A DNA stretch of 64,000 bases, from NCBI GenBank assembly GCA_033581555.1, contig JAVQSZ010000005.1:64001-128000 (forward strand), written 5' to 3'. Positions 36,515-46,231 of this stretch are shown here, one piece after another; the first letter of the stretch is position 1; each line of letters starts with the position of its first letter. The position numbers and the translations under genes are program-made. The stretch is from Nitrososphaerota archaeon. Lineage in GTDB: Archaea; Thermoproteota; Nitrososphaeria_A; Caldarchaeales; Calditenuaceae. The notes beneath the pieces are model-generated. The model was not told the DNA's origin. It did no database searches and saw only the letters and a list, made by a program, of their open reading frames with translations.

Positions 36515-37537
36515 TTAGGTGGTCAGCCAGCTCGACATGCTCTCGGTGGACCTGACTATCCTCGCGCCCTCTGAAGCGAACTTCCTGTAGTAGAGATCGG
36601 CGGCCTCGGTGTAGTCCACAACGCCCTTCACGACGACCGGAGAGGAGCAGTCGTCGAGCAGGAATACCTTATTGACCAAAGCTGGGTCCCTCTCCTTGAA
36701 GGCGTTGATCAGGTCCTCAACGGTCCACGCGACGCAGTGGCTCTTCGCCTGACCCGCGACCAGGATCACGTCGTATCCGCTCAGCTCCTGCACGAGCTCC
36801 ACGTCCAGAGCACCCAGCTTCTCGCCGTCGGGGCCGGTCTTGACCTCCGGCTGCAGCGCTGAGTAGTGCTCGGTGAACGGGTTCGTCCCCTTGATCCTGA
36901 TGAAGGGCTGCGAGGCCCTCGCGATCGAGTGGAAGAAGACCGCCTCCTCAACCGCAGAGACTATCGCGTGGCCTATCCCTCCCAGCATCGCGTGGAACGG
37001 CCATATCGTGAGCTCGTACTTTCCCGACCTCTCCAGCGACTCGACGTAGTGGAGCAGGTGCCTCTGGGCCCACTCTCTCGATACCCCCAGCGCGTTGCAG
37101 GCCTCCGGGTCCACGGACCACCTCCCGCGCCTCACGTCCTCGACCGAGATCCTCGTGTAGGGCTCAGGGTGGTTTCCGTCCCTGTCGACTAGGAAGGTCT
37201 CGTGGAAGATCTGGTAAGCTTGGTGAGTGTCCATCGTCAGATAGATCCTAGTTATGTTCTCGAGGTTCCTGTAGACGAACTGGCAGAGCCTTACGTTGTC
37301 CTCGACTGCTCCTAGCCCAGACCTCCCGGCCACGAAGAGCTCGAAGCCAGGTACGCAGAAGGTGTTCTGGACGTCGATCAGTAGCAGCGCGACCCTGAGG
37401 TCGTCCTTCGACGCGGGCCTGACTCCGTACGTCCTAGCCCACCTCCTCGCGTCCCTCGCCCTCTCCGCGTACTCGACCCTCCAGACGTCGCCCACCAGCT
37501 CGGGCCTGAAGTGGGGAGGAATGGGGAGCTCCCTCAT
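36515..37537 (-). CDS. Isochorismatase-family cysteine hydrolase (nicotinamidase-like)
   Basis: LIDVQNTF, TMDTH, WPFHA, KG, AGQAKSHCV; divergent from pncB. Confidence 0.82.
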   Translation of the reverse strand: MRELPIPPHFRPELVGDVWRVEYAERARDARRWARTYGVRPASKDDLRVALLLIDVQNTFCVPGFELFVAGRSGLGAVEDNVRLCQFVYRNLENITRIYLTMDTHQAYQIFHETFLVDRDGNHPEPYTRISVEDVRRGRWSVDPEACNALGVSREWAQRHLLHYVESLERSGKYELTIWPFHAMLGGIGHAIVSAVEEAVFFHSIARASQPFIRIKGTNPFTEHYSALQPEVKTGPDGEKLGALDVELVQELSGYDVILVAGQAKSHCVAWTVEDLINAFKERDPALVNKVFLLDDCSSPVVVKGVVDYTEAADLYYRKFASEGARIVRSTESMSSWLTT

Positions 37538-37660
37538 CGGGCGTTCCTGACTCGAGCCTGGAGATCAGCGTTCCCGAACCGGTAAAGCGATCTCGCTCGA
37601 GGACCGTTGCCTAGAAATTACACGTTAAAAAGACTCGTCCCCGATTGAGGTGGAACCGGG

Positions 37661-38872
37661 ATGAGCCTCAGGCCGAAGATCTACTGCGCCGACGAGAGGA
37701 CGATCCTCGAGGGTCGGGTGACCGACGTCTACTTCCTTAGGACCGAGGAGATCGTGAGGAGGAGCGGTCTTGGGGAGAGGAGGGTCTGCGCGGACGTCCA
37801 CAGCTACGGCCTGCCCGAGGGGTACTCTTGGGCGGTCTTCGCGGGGCTCGAGGAGGCACTCAAGCTTCTCGAGGGCAGGAGGGTGAACGTCTACGCGATG
37901 GAGGAGGGCGAGGTCTTCAGGCCGATGGAGCCCGTGATGGAGATCGAGGGGCCCTACGCCGAGTTCGGTGTCCTCGAGTCCTCGATCCTTGGGGCCCTCA
38001 GGCACGAGTCCAGCGTCGCCACTAAGGCCGCGAGGGTGAGGCTCGCGACGTGGGGAAAGCTGCTGGTCTTCTTCGGGATAAGGTGCGTCCACCCGGCCGT
38101 GGCTCCCGCGGTCGACAGGGCCGCGTTCATAGGAGGATGCGACGCGGTCTCGGGCGTCCTCGGGGCCGAGATGCTGGGCGAAAGGCCGGTCGGGACGATG
38201 CCTCACGCCCTGATCATCCTCTTCGGCGACCAGGAGAAGGCGTGGATGGCCTTCGACGAGGTCATGCCGCCGGAGGTCCCGAGGATAGCGCTCTGCGACA
38301 CCTTCGACGACGAGCGCGTCGAGTCCCTGAAGGCCGCGAGGGCGCTGGGGAGGAGGCTCCACGCTGTGAGGCTCGACACGCCGAGCTCGAGGAGGGGCAA
38401 CATGAGGGCGATCGTCGAGGAGGTCAAGTGGACGTTGAGGGTGAACGGCTACGACTGGGTGGGGGTCTTCGTCAGCGGCGGCATAGACGAGGAGGAGGCG
38501 AAGGAGCTGGTCGACGTCGCCGACGGGTTCGGCGTGGGGACCTCGATCGCGTTCCCGCCATCGGTCGACCTGGCCATGGACATCGTCGAGGTAGACGGCT
38601 CGCCGCTCTCGAAGAGGGGAAAGCTCCCCGGGAGGAAGCAGGTCTACAGGTGCGAGAGGTTCCACGACACCCTCGTCCCGCGGACTATGGAGCTGGAGAG
38701 GTGTCCGACCTGCGGAGGCGAGGTGAGACCGCTGCTGAGGCCCGTGATGCTCAACGGAGAGCTGGTCAAGCCGATTGAACCTCCGAGGGAGATCAGGGAG
38801 CGGGTGATCAAGAGGCTCAGCGCGATCAGGGAGATGGACGGCCAACTCCCGCCGGTAAAGGTCTTCGCGTAG
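37661..38872 (+). CDS. pncB: Nicotinate phosphoribosyltransferase
   Basis: TDVYF, FGIRCVHP, GTMPHA, VRLDTP, SGGID, FGVGT, SKRGKLPG. Confidence 0.92.
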   Translation: MSLRPKIYCADERTILEGRVTDVYFLRTEEIVRRSGLGERRVCADVHSYGLPEGYSWAVFAGLEEALKLLEGRRVNVYAMEEGEVFRPMEPVMEIEGPYAEFGVLESSILGALRHESSVATKAARVRLATWGKLLVFFGIRCVHPAVAPAVDRAAFIGGCDAVSGVLGAEMLGERPVGTMPHALIILFGDQEKAWMAFDEVMPPEVPRIALCDTFDDERVESLKAARALGRRLHAVRLDTPSSRRGNMRAIVEEVKWTLRVNGYDWVGVFVSGGIDEEEAKELVDVADGFGVGTSIAFPPSVDLAMDIVEVDGSPLSKRGKLPGRKQVYRCERFHDTLVPRTMELERCPTCGGEVRPLLRPVMLNGELVKPIEPPREIRERVIKRLSAIREMDGQLPPVKVFA

Positions 38873-38963
38873 TCCGACCCCGACCCAGGGGACTTCACGC
38901 CGTCAGCCTCCCGGCGGAGCGGCTGTCACAACTTTCTAATAACGGACGCTCGCTGAGTCCCCC

Positions 38964-39467
38964 GTGTCGGAGGAAGGGGACCGAGTCAAGGTCACGATCG
39001 AGTACCGAGGACTTCAGACGTCGTTCGAGGGCGACCCTGAGGGAGTCGTCAGGGCGGTGAACGCGTTCCTCGAGAAGGTCCTGCCCTCCTACTCGCTGGC
39101 GAGGAAGCTCAGCGTCGACGTCTCCGCGGAGGAGGTGATCAAGGCCCTCGAGGGCTACGTGGTCCATGACAGGACGGTCGGTTTCGTCCATAAGCCGACC
39201 ATCCACGGCCTCCCAGCGGCCGACCAGATCCTCTCGGTGCTCGCGGCGAGGTGGCTCGAGCACGTCTTCGGGATGAGGGACAGGCCCGCCGTTTCCCTGA
39301 AGGCGATCTCCGAGGCCCTGGGTCTGAAGAGGGGGACGCTGACCGCTGCGCTCTCCGAGCTGAGGAGGTCCGGCTGCGTCAGGAGCGCAGAACGGGGCGA
39401 TTACGAGATCACGGCGGTCGGGCTTCAGACTCTTGCCGAGAGGCTTGCCGAGAGGTCGAGGCAGTGA
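38964..39467 (+). CDS. Putative DNA-binding protein (short N-terminal domain plus C-terminal winged helix)
   Basis: VSLKAISEALGLKRGTLTAALSELRRSGCV...GDYEIT. Confidence 0.72.
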   Translation: MSEEGDRVKVTIEYRGLQTSFEGDPEGVVRAVNAFLEKVLPSYSLARKLSVDVSAEEVIKALEGYVVHDRTVGFVHKPTIHGLPAADQILSVLAARWLEHVFGMRDRPAVSLKAISEALGLKRGTLTAALSELRRSGCVRSAERGDYEITAVGLQTLAERLAERSRQ

Positions 39468-39882
39468 CGTCCGCGGGCTGACCCCTAGAGGGCGCAAAGT
39501 AGACGTACCTCCTGGGCGCGCCGCCCCTCGCCAGCCTCTCCTCCCTGACCAGGTCCAGCAGCACGTGCCCGACCGCGGTCGAGTCAAACCCGTACCCCCT
39601 CCTCGCGACCTCCCGAGTCACGTCAGAGAGAGTCCTCGGCTCCGAGAAGAAGCCCTCCGCCAGGAGCCTCTCGACGACCTGCCTGCAGGTGATCGGTTTC
39701 GGCCGCTCCCGCTCCTCCCTCTCCTCCAGCCCCTCCGCTCTCGCGCCGCCCAACGCCTCAACGACCCTCCTCACGCCCTCCTCGATCTGGTCCAGCCCCG
39801 CCTCGATCTCGACCTCATAGGCTCCTACCTTCAGCCTAACCTTGACTCTTTCAGTTGATTTTTCATGAGACAAGCCGGGCAC
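39409..39882 (-). CDS. Putative DNA-binding protein (related N-terminal domain plus winged helix)
   Basis: LLAEGFFSEPRTLSDV...STAVGHVLLDLVREERLARGG...YVY. Confidence 0.72.
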   Translation of the reverse strand: MPGLSHEKSTERVKVRLKVGAYEVEIEAGLDQIEEGVRRVVEALGGARAEGLEEREERERPKPITCRQVVERLLAEGFFSEPRTLSDVTREVARRGYGFDSTAVGHVLLDLVREERLARGGAPRRYVYFAPSRGQPADVTASTSRQASRQESEARPP

Positions 39883-39929
39883 CTCCAGAAAAATTTAATA
39901 GGAAGCTTCCTTCAATCAATTGATGGATC

Positions 39930-40865
39930 ATGAAGGTCATGAGCGGTTTGATGAACATCATGGAGCACATCGACGTTCAAGAGTTTTCGCCGATATTTAT
40001 GAGTGTAGTAAGAGACTGCATCGCTTCTTTCCGGTGGAGGGAGAGGCGTCCGCGCGGCTCACCGATCGTCTTCGGTGCCGAGGAGCTGCTCGACGGGTTC
40101 TGCAGGTCGCCCGACCTGAGCGGGTGCGAGGTCTACGAGCTACGGGGGCGGGGTACGCGGAGGAGCGTCGCCGCAGTCGACGCCTCGGTGACGGCGATCG
40201 GGCTCTGGGACGGAGGGGTGCTGGCCTCGCTGAAGGGCGCGGTGGTCCAGAGGTCCCACGAAGGGGTCAGGGTTACGGTCCTGGGCCCGGTCCCTAAGTA
40301 CGTTCCTCTGGAGGTGACGGACGACCCCGTCGGCGACTCGGTGCTGCTCAGTGAGCTCAGGTGGTTCGAGAGGCACCTCCAGGCCTTCGCGGCCTCACAG
40401 GAGGGGCCGGAGCTGCTGCTGTTCGACTCTCCGCTCGCAAAGGTCGACAGGGGCGTGCTCGAGCTCTCCAGGAGCAGGCACGTGGTCGGCGTCGTCAAGT
40501 CGAGCCCGCTTGCCTTGATTCCAGGGGCCCTTGAACTCCCACCGACCCGCGGGGTCGGAGCTGTGGCCCTCGTCAGGGAGGGGGAGTTCGCGGTCACGGT
40601 CTCGAGGCTCTCGCCCAACGGACTACCGCTGAGGATTGACGTCTGGCCCGCGGACGGGTGGAGGGAGGCTCTTGAGGACGTCCTGACCAGCGACTGCCTC
40701 GTCCACGGTTACCCCGAGTCCCTGGCGCTGGCCCACGCGTACTCCAGGCAGACCTGGCCCGAGGTCTTTGCGTTGAGGTCGCTTCTGACGAGGGAGCTGC
40801 GCGCGGGGTGCATTGAGGCCCCGGACGTGAGGTCGACGGTCCTCTCGCCGTTCGACGGGAGATGA
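39930..40865 (+). CDS. NurA-like nuclease
   Basis: VAAVDAS, LLLFDSPL, VGVVKSS, GYPESLALAH; exact start uncertain (several in-frame ATGs). Confidence 0.75.
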   Translation: MKVMSGLMNIMEHIDVQEFSPIFMSVVRDCIASFRWRERRPRGSPIVFGAEELLDGFCRSPDLSGCEVYELRGRGTRRSVAAVDASVTAIGLWDGGVLASLKGAVVQRSHEGVRVTVLGPVPKYVPLEVTDDPVGDSVLLSELRWFERHLQAFAASQEGPELLLFDSPLAKVDRGVLELSRSRHVVGVVKSSPLALIPGALELPPTRGVGAVALVREGEFAVTVSRLSPNGLPLRIDVWPADGWREALEDVLTSDCLVHGYPESLALAHAYSRQTWPEVFALRSLLTRELRAGCIEAPDVRSTVLSPFDGR

Positions 40866-42298
40866 GGATCTACCGGAAGGCCGGCGACAGGGTGGAGCTC
40901 ATCGCCCTCGGGAGGGACCTGAGGCTCGAGAAGGGCGACTACGTCCTCGCGTCGGACGGAAGCAGCACGCTGGTCCTGCAGGTGATAGACGTTGAGTACG
41001 CCGAGCTCCCCGGCGCCCTCGAGGAGACCCTCAGGGACCTAACGACCGACTCGCTCGTCCAGCTCGTCAGGCACGACCCTATGAACGTCGAGTCTCACGT
41101 GAGGGCCGTCAGGGACTCGAGGCTTGTGGTCACGAAGCTCAGGAAGGTGATCGGAGGACCCTCGATCTCGCTGCCCTCGAGGCACGCGACCCGTGTGAGG
41201 CAGGCCTCGCCGCTGGAGGTCCTGGATTTAGCCTCGGGGCACAAGGAGAGGTCGATCGAGCTCGGCGACGGCGTCGCCATCGACCCGAGGGACGTCGAGG
41301 GATGCGTGACGATAATCACGGGGAGGAAGGAGTCCGGGAAGTCCCACCTCGCGAAGCTGCTCGCGGTCTCGCTGGTCATGACAGGTTACACGGTGCTGGT
41401 CCTCGACATCAACGGCGAATACGTCTCATTGGGGACTAGGAGGGACGGAGGGAGGAGCGGGATTCACGACAGGATGACCGTGCTCTCGCCCGGCATCGAC
41501 TACCTGATACCGCTGAACGGTCTCTCGCAGGAGGTCCTGGCCGACGTGATGACGTTCGCGCTCGGGCTGCCCCAGACCAGCTTAAGGGAGCTCCTGAGGG
41601 CCGCTAGGGAACTCAGGGAGTCAGGGGGGCTGACGTTCAGGGGCCTCTACAGGGCCGTCCTCCACTCGCAGATGAACGAGTCGGTGAGGGACGCGATACT
41701 GAACAGGCTTGCGGCCCTCGAGTCCTCCGGCCTCTTCACCGACGAGCGGGGCGCCACCGACGCGCTGGTCAAGGCCCTCGCGTCGCCTGAGGGGAGGCTG
41801 GTCGTACTGGACATGAGCTGCCTCGGCCCGTCGCAGAGGAGGATCCTCGTGGAGTACGTCTTGAGCGACCTGAAGGATCGGCTATTCGCAGGGGAGCTGG
41901 AGCCGCTGATCCTGTTCGCGGAGGAGGCCCACCTCTACCTCAGGGAGACCTACTGGGAGGACATCGTGACGAGGATGAGGCACATAGGGATATCGACGGT
42001 GCTGATCACCAACCAGCCCGACTCGATCCCCGCCCTGATCTACAGGCAGGCCGACAACGTCTTCATGTTCAACACGCGCAACGGCTCGGACATCGAGCAC
42101 CTCGCGAGGAACCTCGACGTCGACGCGGAGACCCTCAGGTCGATCCTCCCGGACCTCGAGAGGGGACACGTGCTGGCCTGGGGTAAGGCGTTCAGCTTCA
42201 TGCCGATCGCGTTGACGGTGAGGGACACGGAGTTGGTCACGCGAGGGGAGACGAGGCGGAGGTCCCTCAGGGGGGAGAGCGCCGAGGGCGTCATGTGA
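40862..42298 (+). CDS. HerA-like ATPase (DUF87)
   Basis: N-terminal HAS-barrel-like region, Walker A GRKESGKS, LDINGEY, Walker B AEEAHLY, RMRHIG, TNQPD; ATGA overlap with the NurA-like gene. Confidence 0.85.
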   Translation: MRIYRKAGDRVELIALGRDLRLEKGDYVLASDGSSTLVLQVIDVEYAELPGALEETLRDLTTDSLVQLVRHDPMNVESHVRAVRDSRLVVTKLRKVIGGPSISLPSRHATRVRQASPLEVLDLASGHKERSIELGDGVAIDPRDVEGCVTIITGRKESGKSHLAKLLAVSLVMTGYTVLVLDINGEYVSLGTRRDGGRSGIHDRMTVLSPGIDYLIPLNGLSQEVLADVMTFALGLPQTSLRELLRAARELRESGGLTFRGLYRAVLHSQMNESVRDAILNRLAALESSGLFTDERGATDALVKALASPEGRLVVLDMSCLGPSQRRILVEYVLSDLKDRLFAGELEPLILFAEEAHLYLRETYWEDIVTRMRHIGISTVLITNQPDSIPALIYRQADNVFMFNTRNGSDIEHLARNLDVDAETLRSILPDLERGHVLAWGKAFSFMPIALTVRDTELVTRGETRRRSLRGESAEGVM

Positions 42299-42351
42299 CC
42301 GGTGCGGCTGCACGACAACTTATTAGAGGCCGCAGAGAACCTAAACTTAAC

Positions 42352-43164
42352 ATGGCGTTCGCTCTACAGGTCGGAGTCGGAACGCTCTTCGGTCTCCTCA
42401 TACTGGTCATCATACTGATCGCGATCCTGAGGGCCGCCATCAGGGTGGTGAAGGAGTACGAGAGGGTCGTGGTCTTCAGGCTCGGCAGATTGATCGGCAT
42501 AAAGGGCCCAGGGCTCGTCTTCCTGATACCGATAATCGACTCGCCAAAGTTGATCGACCTGAGGATAGTCTCGATAGACGTCCCGAAGCAGAAGATCGTA
42601 ACTAAGGACAACGTCACCGTCGAGGTCGATGCGGTCGTCTTCATGAGGGTCGAGGACCCGCAGGCGGCGGTCCTGAGGGTTAGGGACTTCCTGATGGCCT
42701 CCAGCATGCTCTCGATGACCACACTCAGGGACGTGATAGGTCAGGTCGAGCTCGACGACCTCCTGACGAAGAGGGACGAGCTGAACGTCAGGATTCAGCG
42801 GATACTCGACGAGGCGACGGAGCCCTGGGGCGTTAAGATAACCGCTGTCGCGATAAGGGACGTGGTGCTCCCCGCTGACATGCAGAGGGCGATCGCGAAG
42901 CAGGCCGAGGCCGAGAGGGAGAGGAGGAGCAGGGTGATCATGGCGGAGGGCGAGTATCTCGCGGCCCAGAAGATGGCCGAGGCCGCGATGGCCTACGCGG
43001 CGAACCCGATAGCGCTGAGGCTCAGGGAGCTTCAGACTTGGACGGAGATCGCGAGGGAGAAGAACTTGATTATCGTGACAGAGGGCGGAGGAGGGCTGGG
43101 GAGTTTCGTCGCGACGGCGGCAGGAGTAGCGGGCCATGAGATCAAGAAGGGGAAGGCCGAGTAG
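42352..43164 (+). CDS. SPFH/stomatin-family protein
   Basis: EYERVVVFRLGR, GPGL, TKDNV, TTLRDVIG, PWGVKI, QAEAERERR. Confidence 0.93.
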   Translation: MAFALQVGVGTLFGLLILVIILIAILRAAIRVVKEYERVVVFRLGRLIGIKGPGLVFLIPIIDSPKLIDLRIVSIDVPKQKIVTKDNVTVEVDAVVFMRVEDPQAAVLRVRDFLMASSMLSMTTLRDVIGQVELDDLLTKRDELNVRIQRILDEATEPWGVKITAVAIRDVVLPADMQRAIAKQAEAERERRSRVIMAEGEYLAAQKMAEAAMAYAANPIALRLRELQTWTEIAREKNLIIVTEGGGGLGSFVATAAGVAGHEIKKGKAE

Positions 43165-44470
43165 CGATAAGAAGCTCGCGCTGCTACTGCTGCTAGCCGC
43201 GTTCTTAATTCCGCTCTCGTTGAGTTTGGCTCCCGCTGAGTCGCAACCGAGACCCCGGGTCGCCCTGCTCGAGGTCCAGGGCTACATCTCGACCGCTGTG
43301 GCCGAGTGGATCGAGCAGTTCCTCGAGACGGCAGAGATTTACGACGCGGTCGTCATCACCATCAACACCTTCGGGGGCTTAGGGGACGCGACCCTGAAGA
43401 TCGTCGACGCCATAATGAACTCGCCTGCGCCCGTGGTCGTCTTCGTCTACCCGCCGGGTGGGCAGGCTCTCTCGGCAGGGACCTACATACTGATGTCGGC
43501 GGACCTCGCGGCGATGGCTCCCCACACGATCATCGGGTCGGCGCAGCCCGTGGTCAACGGAGTCCCCTCGCAGGACCCGAAGCTGATCAACTTCCTCGTC
43601 GAGAAGATTAGGACGATGGCCAGGATCCACGGACGGAACGAGACTCAGGCGGCGAGGTTCGTGACCCACAACGACAACCTCAACCCAAACGCCGCCCTGG
43701 AGAGGGGAGTAATCGAAGTGGTCGCTGAGGACGTCAGGGACCTGCTGGAAAAGGCTCACGGGAGGACGGTCAGGAGGCTAGGGGGCGAGGCGACGCTGAA
43801 CCTCAAGGGCGCGGTGATCGAGAGGATCTCCAGGGACGTTAGGTCGGAGGTGCTCCATTTCCTGAGCGACCCGATACTCTCGACGCTCTTGATGTCGCTC
43901 GGCTTCCTGATACTGATCGTGGGCCTCACCAACCCCGGCATCGGGACCGAGCTGGTCGGGGGGATCCTGATACTCCTTGGGCTGATCGGACAGGGCTTCA
44001 GCGTCAACCTAGTAGGTCTCGGGATAATCATCCTGGGGTCTATCCTCGTGCTCTACGAGTTCTACACCGGTGGAACCCTCATCGCCTTGCCGTTCGGTAT
44101 AGGCTTGCTGGTCCTCGGGTCGATACTGCTGATTCGCTCACCGCCCGGCATAATCTACATCGCGCAGAGCTGGCTTGAGGAGGCAATGGTGAGCGTGGTG
44201 CTCGTCGGGACGTTCGCTGGCGCTTTCGCGGGGTTCGTCGTCTACAAGGTGGCCAGGGTCGCGAGACGGAGGACGCTCCAGATAGCAGTCGAGGAGTCCG
44301 GAAGGGCCGTCGAGGACATCGCCTCGGGCTCGGTGGGGTATGTAGTGGTCGGCGGGGAGTACAGGAGGGCCCTAGCGCTCGAGGACGTCAAGCGAGACGA
44401 GGAGGTCAAGGTCGTCGGGAAGAGGGACAACTTGCTCCTGGTCAGGCCCGCGAGGCCGAAGCAGGCCTAG
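43136..44470 (+). CDS. NfeD-family membrane serine protease (long form)
   Basis: Signal peptide, INTFGGL, ALSAGTYI, IGSAQP, HGRN, transmembrane bundle, C-terminal OB fold; next to stomatin. Confidence 0.9.
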   Translation: MRSRRGRPSSDKKLALLLLLAAFLIPLSLSLAPAESQPRPRVALLEVQGYISTAVAEWIEQFLETAEIYDAVVITINTFGGLGDATLKIVDAIMNSPAPVVVFVYPPGGQALSAGTYILMSADLAAMAPHTIIGSAQPVVNGVPSQDPKLINFLVEKIRTMARIHGRNETQAARFVTHNDNLNPNAALERGVIEVVAEDVRDLLEKAHGRTVRRLGGEATLNLKGAVIERISRDVRSEVLHFLSDPILSTLLMSLGFLILIVGLTNPGIGTELVGGILILLGLIGQGFSVNLVGLGIIILGSILVLYEFYTGGTLIALPFGIGLLVLGSILLIRSPPGIIYIAQSWLEEAMVSVVLVGTFAGAFAGFVVYKVARVARRRTLQIAVEESGRAVEDIASGSVGYVVVGGEYRRALALEDVKRDEEVKVVGKRDNLLLVRPARPKQA

Positions 44471-44525
44471 ATCGCCCGAAGGGACCAAAAACTACCTCGT
44501 ATTGGGTACGCGACGCTCCGGACGC

Positions 44526-44957
44526 TTAGAGCTGCGCGCCAAAGCGGTCTGTCCTGCGCCTCAGGCCCCTAGGCCTGGAGGCGTTGAAGTAACCTCCCGA
44601 GGGCACGGTCCTCTCGGAGAGGTTGTTCTCGGTGTTGACCTCGCCGATCTCCTCGTCCACGACCTCTACGCTCCCGTACCTCCCGAGGTTCAGCTGCATC
44701 CTGCCCTTGAAGACCTTGACGTAGGCGTTGGTCACCTTCACGGTGCTCCCGACCTCCACCTTGTCTATGTCGTCGTCCCACAGGACCAGCGATATCGCGC
44801 CCGTCTTGTCAGCTATCGTCGCGATCGAGAGCCTGTGGTTCGCGTTGTCGTACTGGCTGCCCACGACCCGCGGCTCGGTTTTCGAGACGACCTTCGCGAC
44901 CAGGTTCACGCCCCTTGAGCTGGGGCCGAGGTCCTCTATTCTCTCCACCTTACTCAA
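44526..44957 (-). CDS. ssb: Single-OB-fold single-stranded DNA-binding protein
   Basis: VNLVAKVVSK, IADKTGAISLVLWD, NAYVKVFKGRMQLNLGRYG. Confidence 0.88.
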   Translation of the reverse strand: MSKVERIEDLGPSSRGVNLVAKVVSKTEPRVVGSQYDNANHRLSIATIADKTGAISLVLWDDDIDKVEVGSTVKVTNAYVKVFKGRMQLNLGRYGSVEVVDEEIGEVNTENNLSERTVPSGGYFNASRPRGLRRRTDRFGAQL

Positions 44958-45086
44958 ACGCGTTCACGCCCTATGTGTACCCCCACTTCTAATGAGGTCA
45001 CTTTTTAATGTTCGCGAGCCCTCCTCAGCAGGGATGTCCGCTGATACATTCTTAAACCGGCTTCACGTGGGGAGGAGTTCGCGGGT

Positions 45087-46229
45087 TTGGACTACTATGA
45101 GCTGCTGATGTTCGTCGCGTCGGTCTCGCTGATCGTGGCGCTGGTCCTCTCGAAGCGGGCGAAGGTCGGGTACGCGGTCGCGGCCGGGGCCCTCATGTAC
45201 GGAGCCACGACCCTGAGGCCCGCGGAGCTGCTGAGCGTCACGGTAGGGTCCTTCAACCAGAGGATGCTCGAGGTCGCGACGGCCCTGGTCTTCTCGATGA
45301 CGCTCTCCCACGCGATGAGGAGGGACGGCGAGCGGATCTACAGGGGCATGGTGAGGCTCGGGCCGAGGGCGGCGGCAATAGGGATACCCGCGACGATAGG
45401 GCTGCTGCCGATGCCCGGGGGAGCGTACGTCTCCGCGACGATCGCCGACCAGCTCTACGAGAGGGTGAACATGGACAGGAGGGTGAGGACGTTCGTGAAT
45501 TACTGGTGGAGGCACATCTGGATATCGGTCTGGCCCCTCTACCAGGGCGTGATCCTGGCCTCTGCGGTCCTCCACGCGAGCGTCGTCGAGGTGATCTCGA
45601 GGACCTGGCCCGCGGCGCTGGCAGCTGCGATCGCAGGCTTCGCGATGGTGCCGAGGATCCCGAAGGTGGGCGACCTCGGCCTGCTCCGGGACCTGAAGTC
45701 GCTCTGGCCCCTGGGGCTGGTCGCGGTCCTCTCGTTCCTCCTGCCCCTCCCGATCGCGATCGGACTGACGCTCCTCGCGTACGTCCTGGTCAGCAGGATG
45801 AGCTCGAGGGAGTTCCTCGAGGCCCTCAGACTCGGGACCAACCCTAACGTGATGATGATCATAATCGGGTCGCTGGTCTTCTCGAGCTACATCGTCGCAA
45901 CCGGACTGAACCTCGACCTCGCGGAGACGCTCGGCCCCTACGGCCCGATCGCCGTCTTCTCGGTACCGCTGGTCATAGGTTTGGCCACGGGAATAGAGTT
46001 CGCCTTCGTCGCGCTCGCCTTCCCTCCCCTCCTGGGACTGCTCGACGGATACATGGCCGCCCTCGCCTTCGCGGGCGGGCACATCGGGGTGATGCTGAGC
46101 CCCGCCCACAGCTGCTTCGTCCTCTCCTCCGAGTACTTCAGGACGCCCCTCAATGACGTCTACCCGCTACTCGCGAGGGCCATACTGATCGAGGTCCCGC
46201 TGATCGCGCTCCTCCTGACGGTCCTCTGA
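45087..46229 (+). CDS. DUF401-family membrane protein
   Basis: PATIGLLPMPGGA, NYWWRH...PLY, SPAHSC. Confidence 0.78.
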   Translation: MDYYELLMFVASVSLIVALVLSKRAKVGYAVAAGALMYGATTLRPAELLSVTVGSFNQRMLEVATALVFSMTLSHAMRRDGERIYRGMVRLGPRAAAIGIPATIGLLPMPGGAYVSATIADQLYERVNMDRRVRTFVNYWWRHIWISVWPLYQGVILASAVLHASVVEVISRTWPAALAAAIAGFAMVPRIPKVGDLGLLRDLKSLWPLGLVAVLSFLLPLPIAIGLTLLAYVLVSRMSSREFLEALRLGTNPNVMMIIIGSLVFSSYIVATGLNLDLAETLGPYGPIAVFSVPLVIGLATGIEFAFVALAFPPLLGLLDGYMAALAFAGGHIGVMLSPAHSCFVLSSEYFRTPLNDVYPLLARAILIEVPLIALLLTVL

Positions 46230-46231
46230 GT

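Noticed and set aside
42352-44470. Stomatin-NfeD pair as part of the HerA module or as a novelty
   Set aside because: A well-known conserved pair with its own TATA-like element at about 42320
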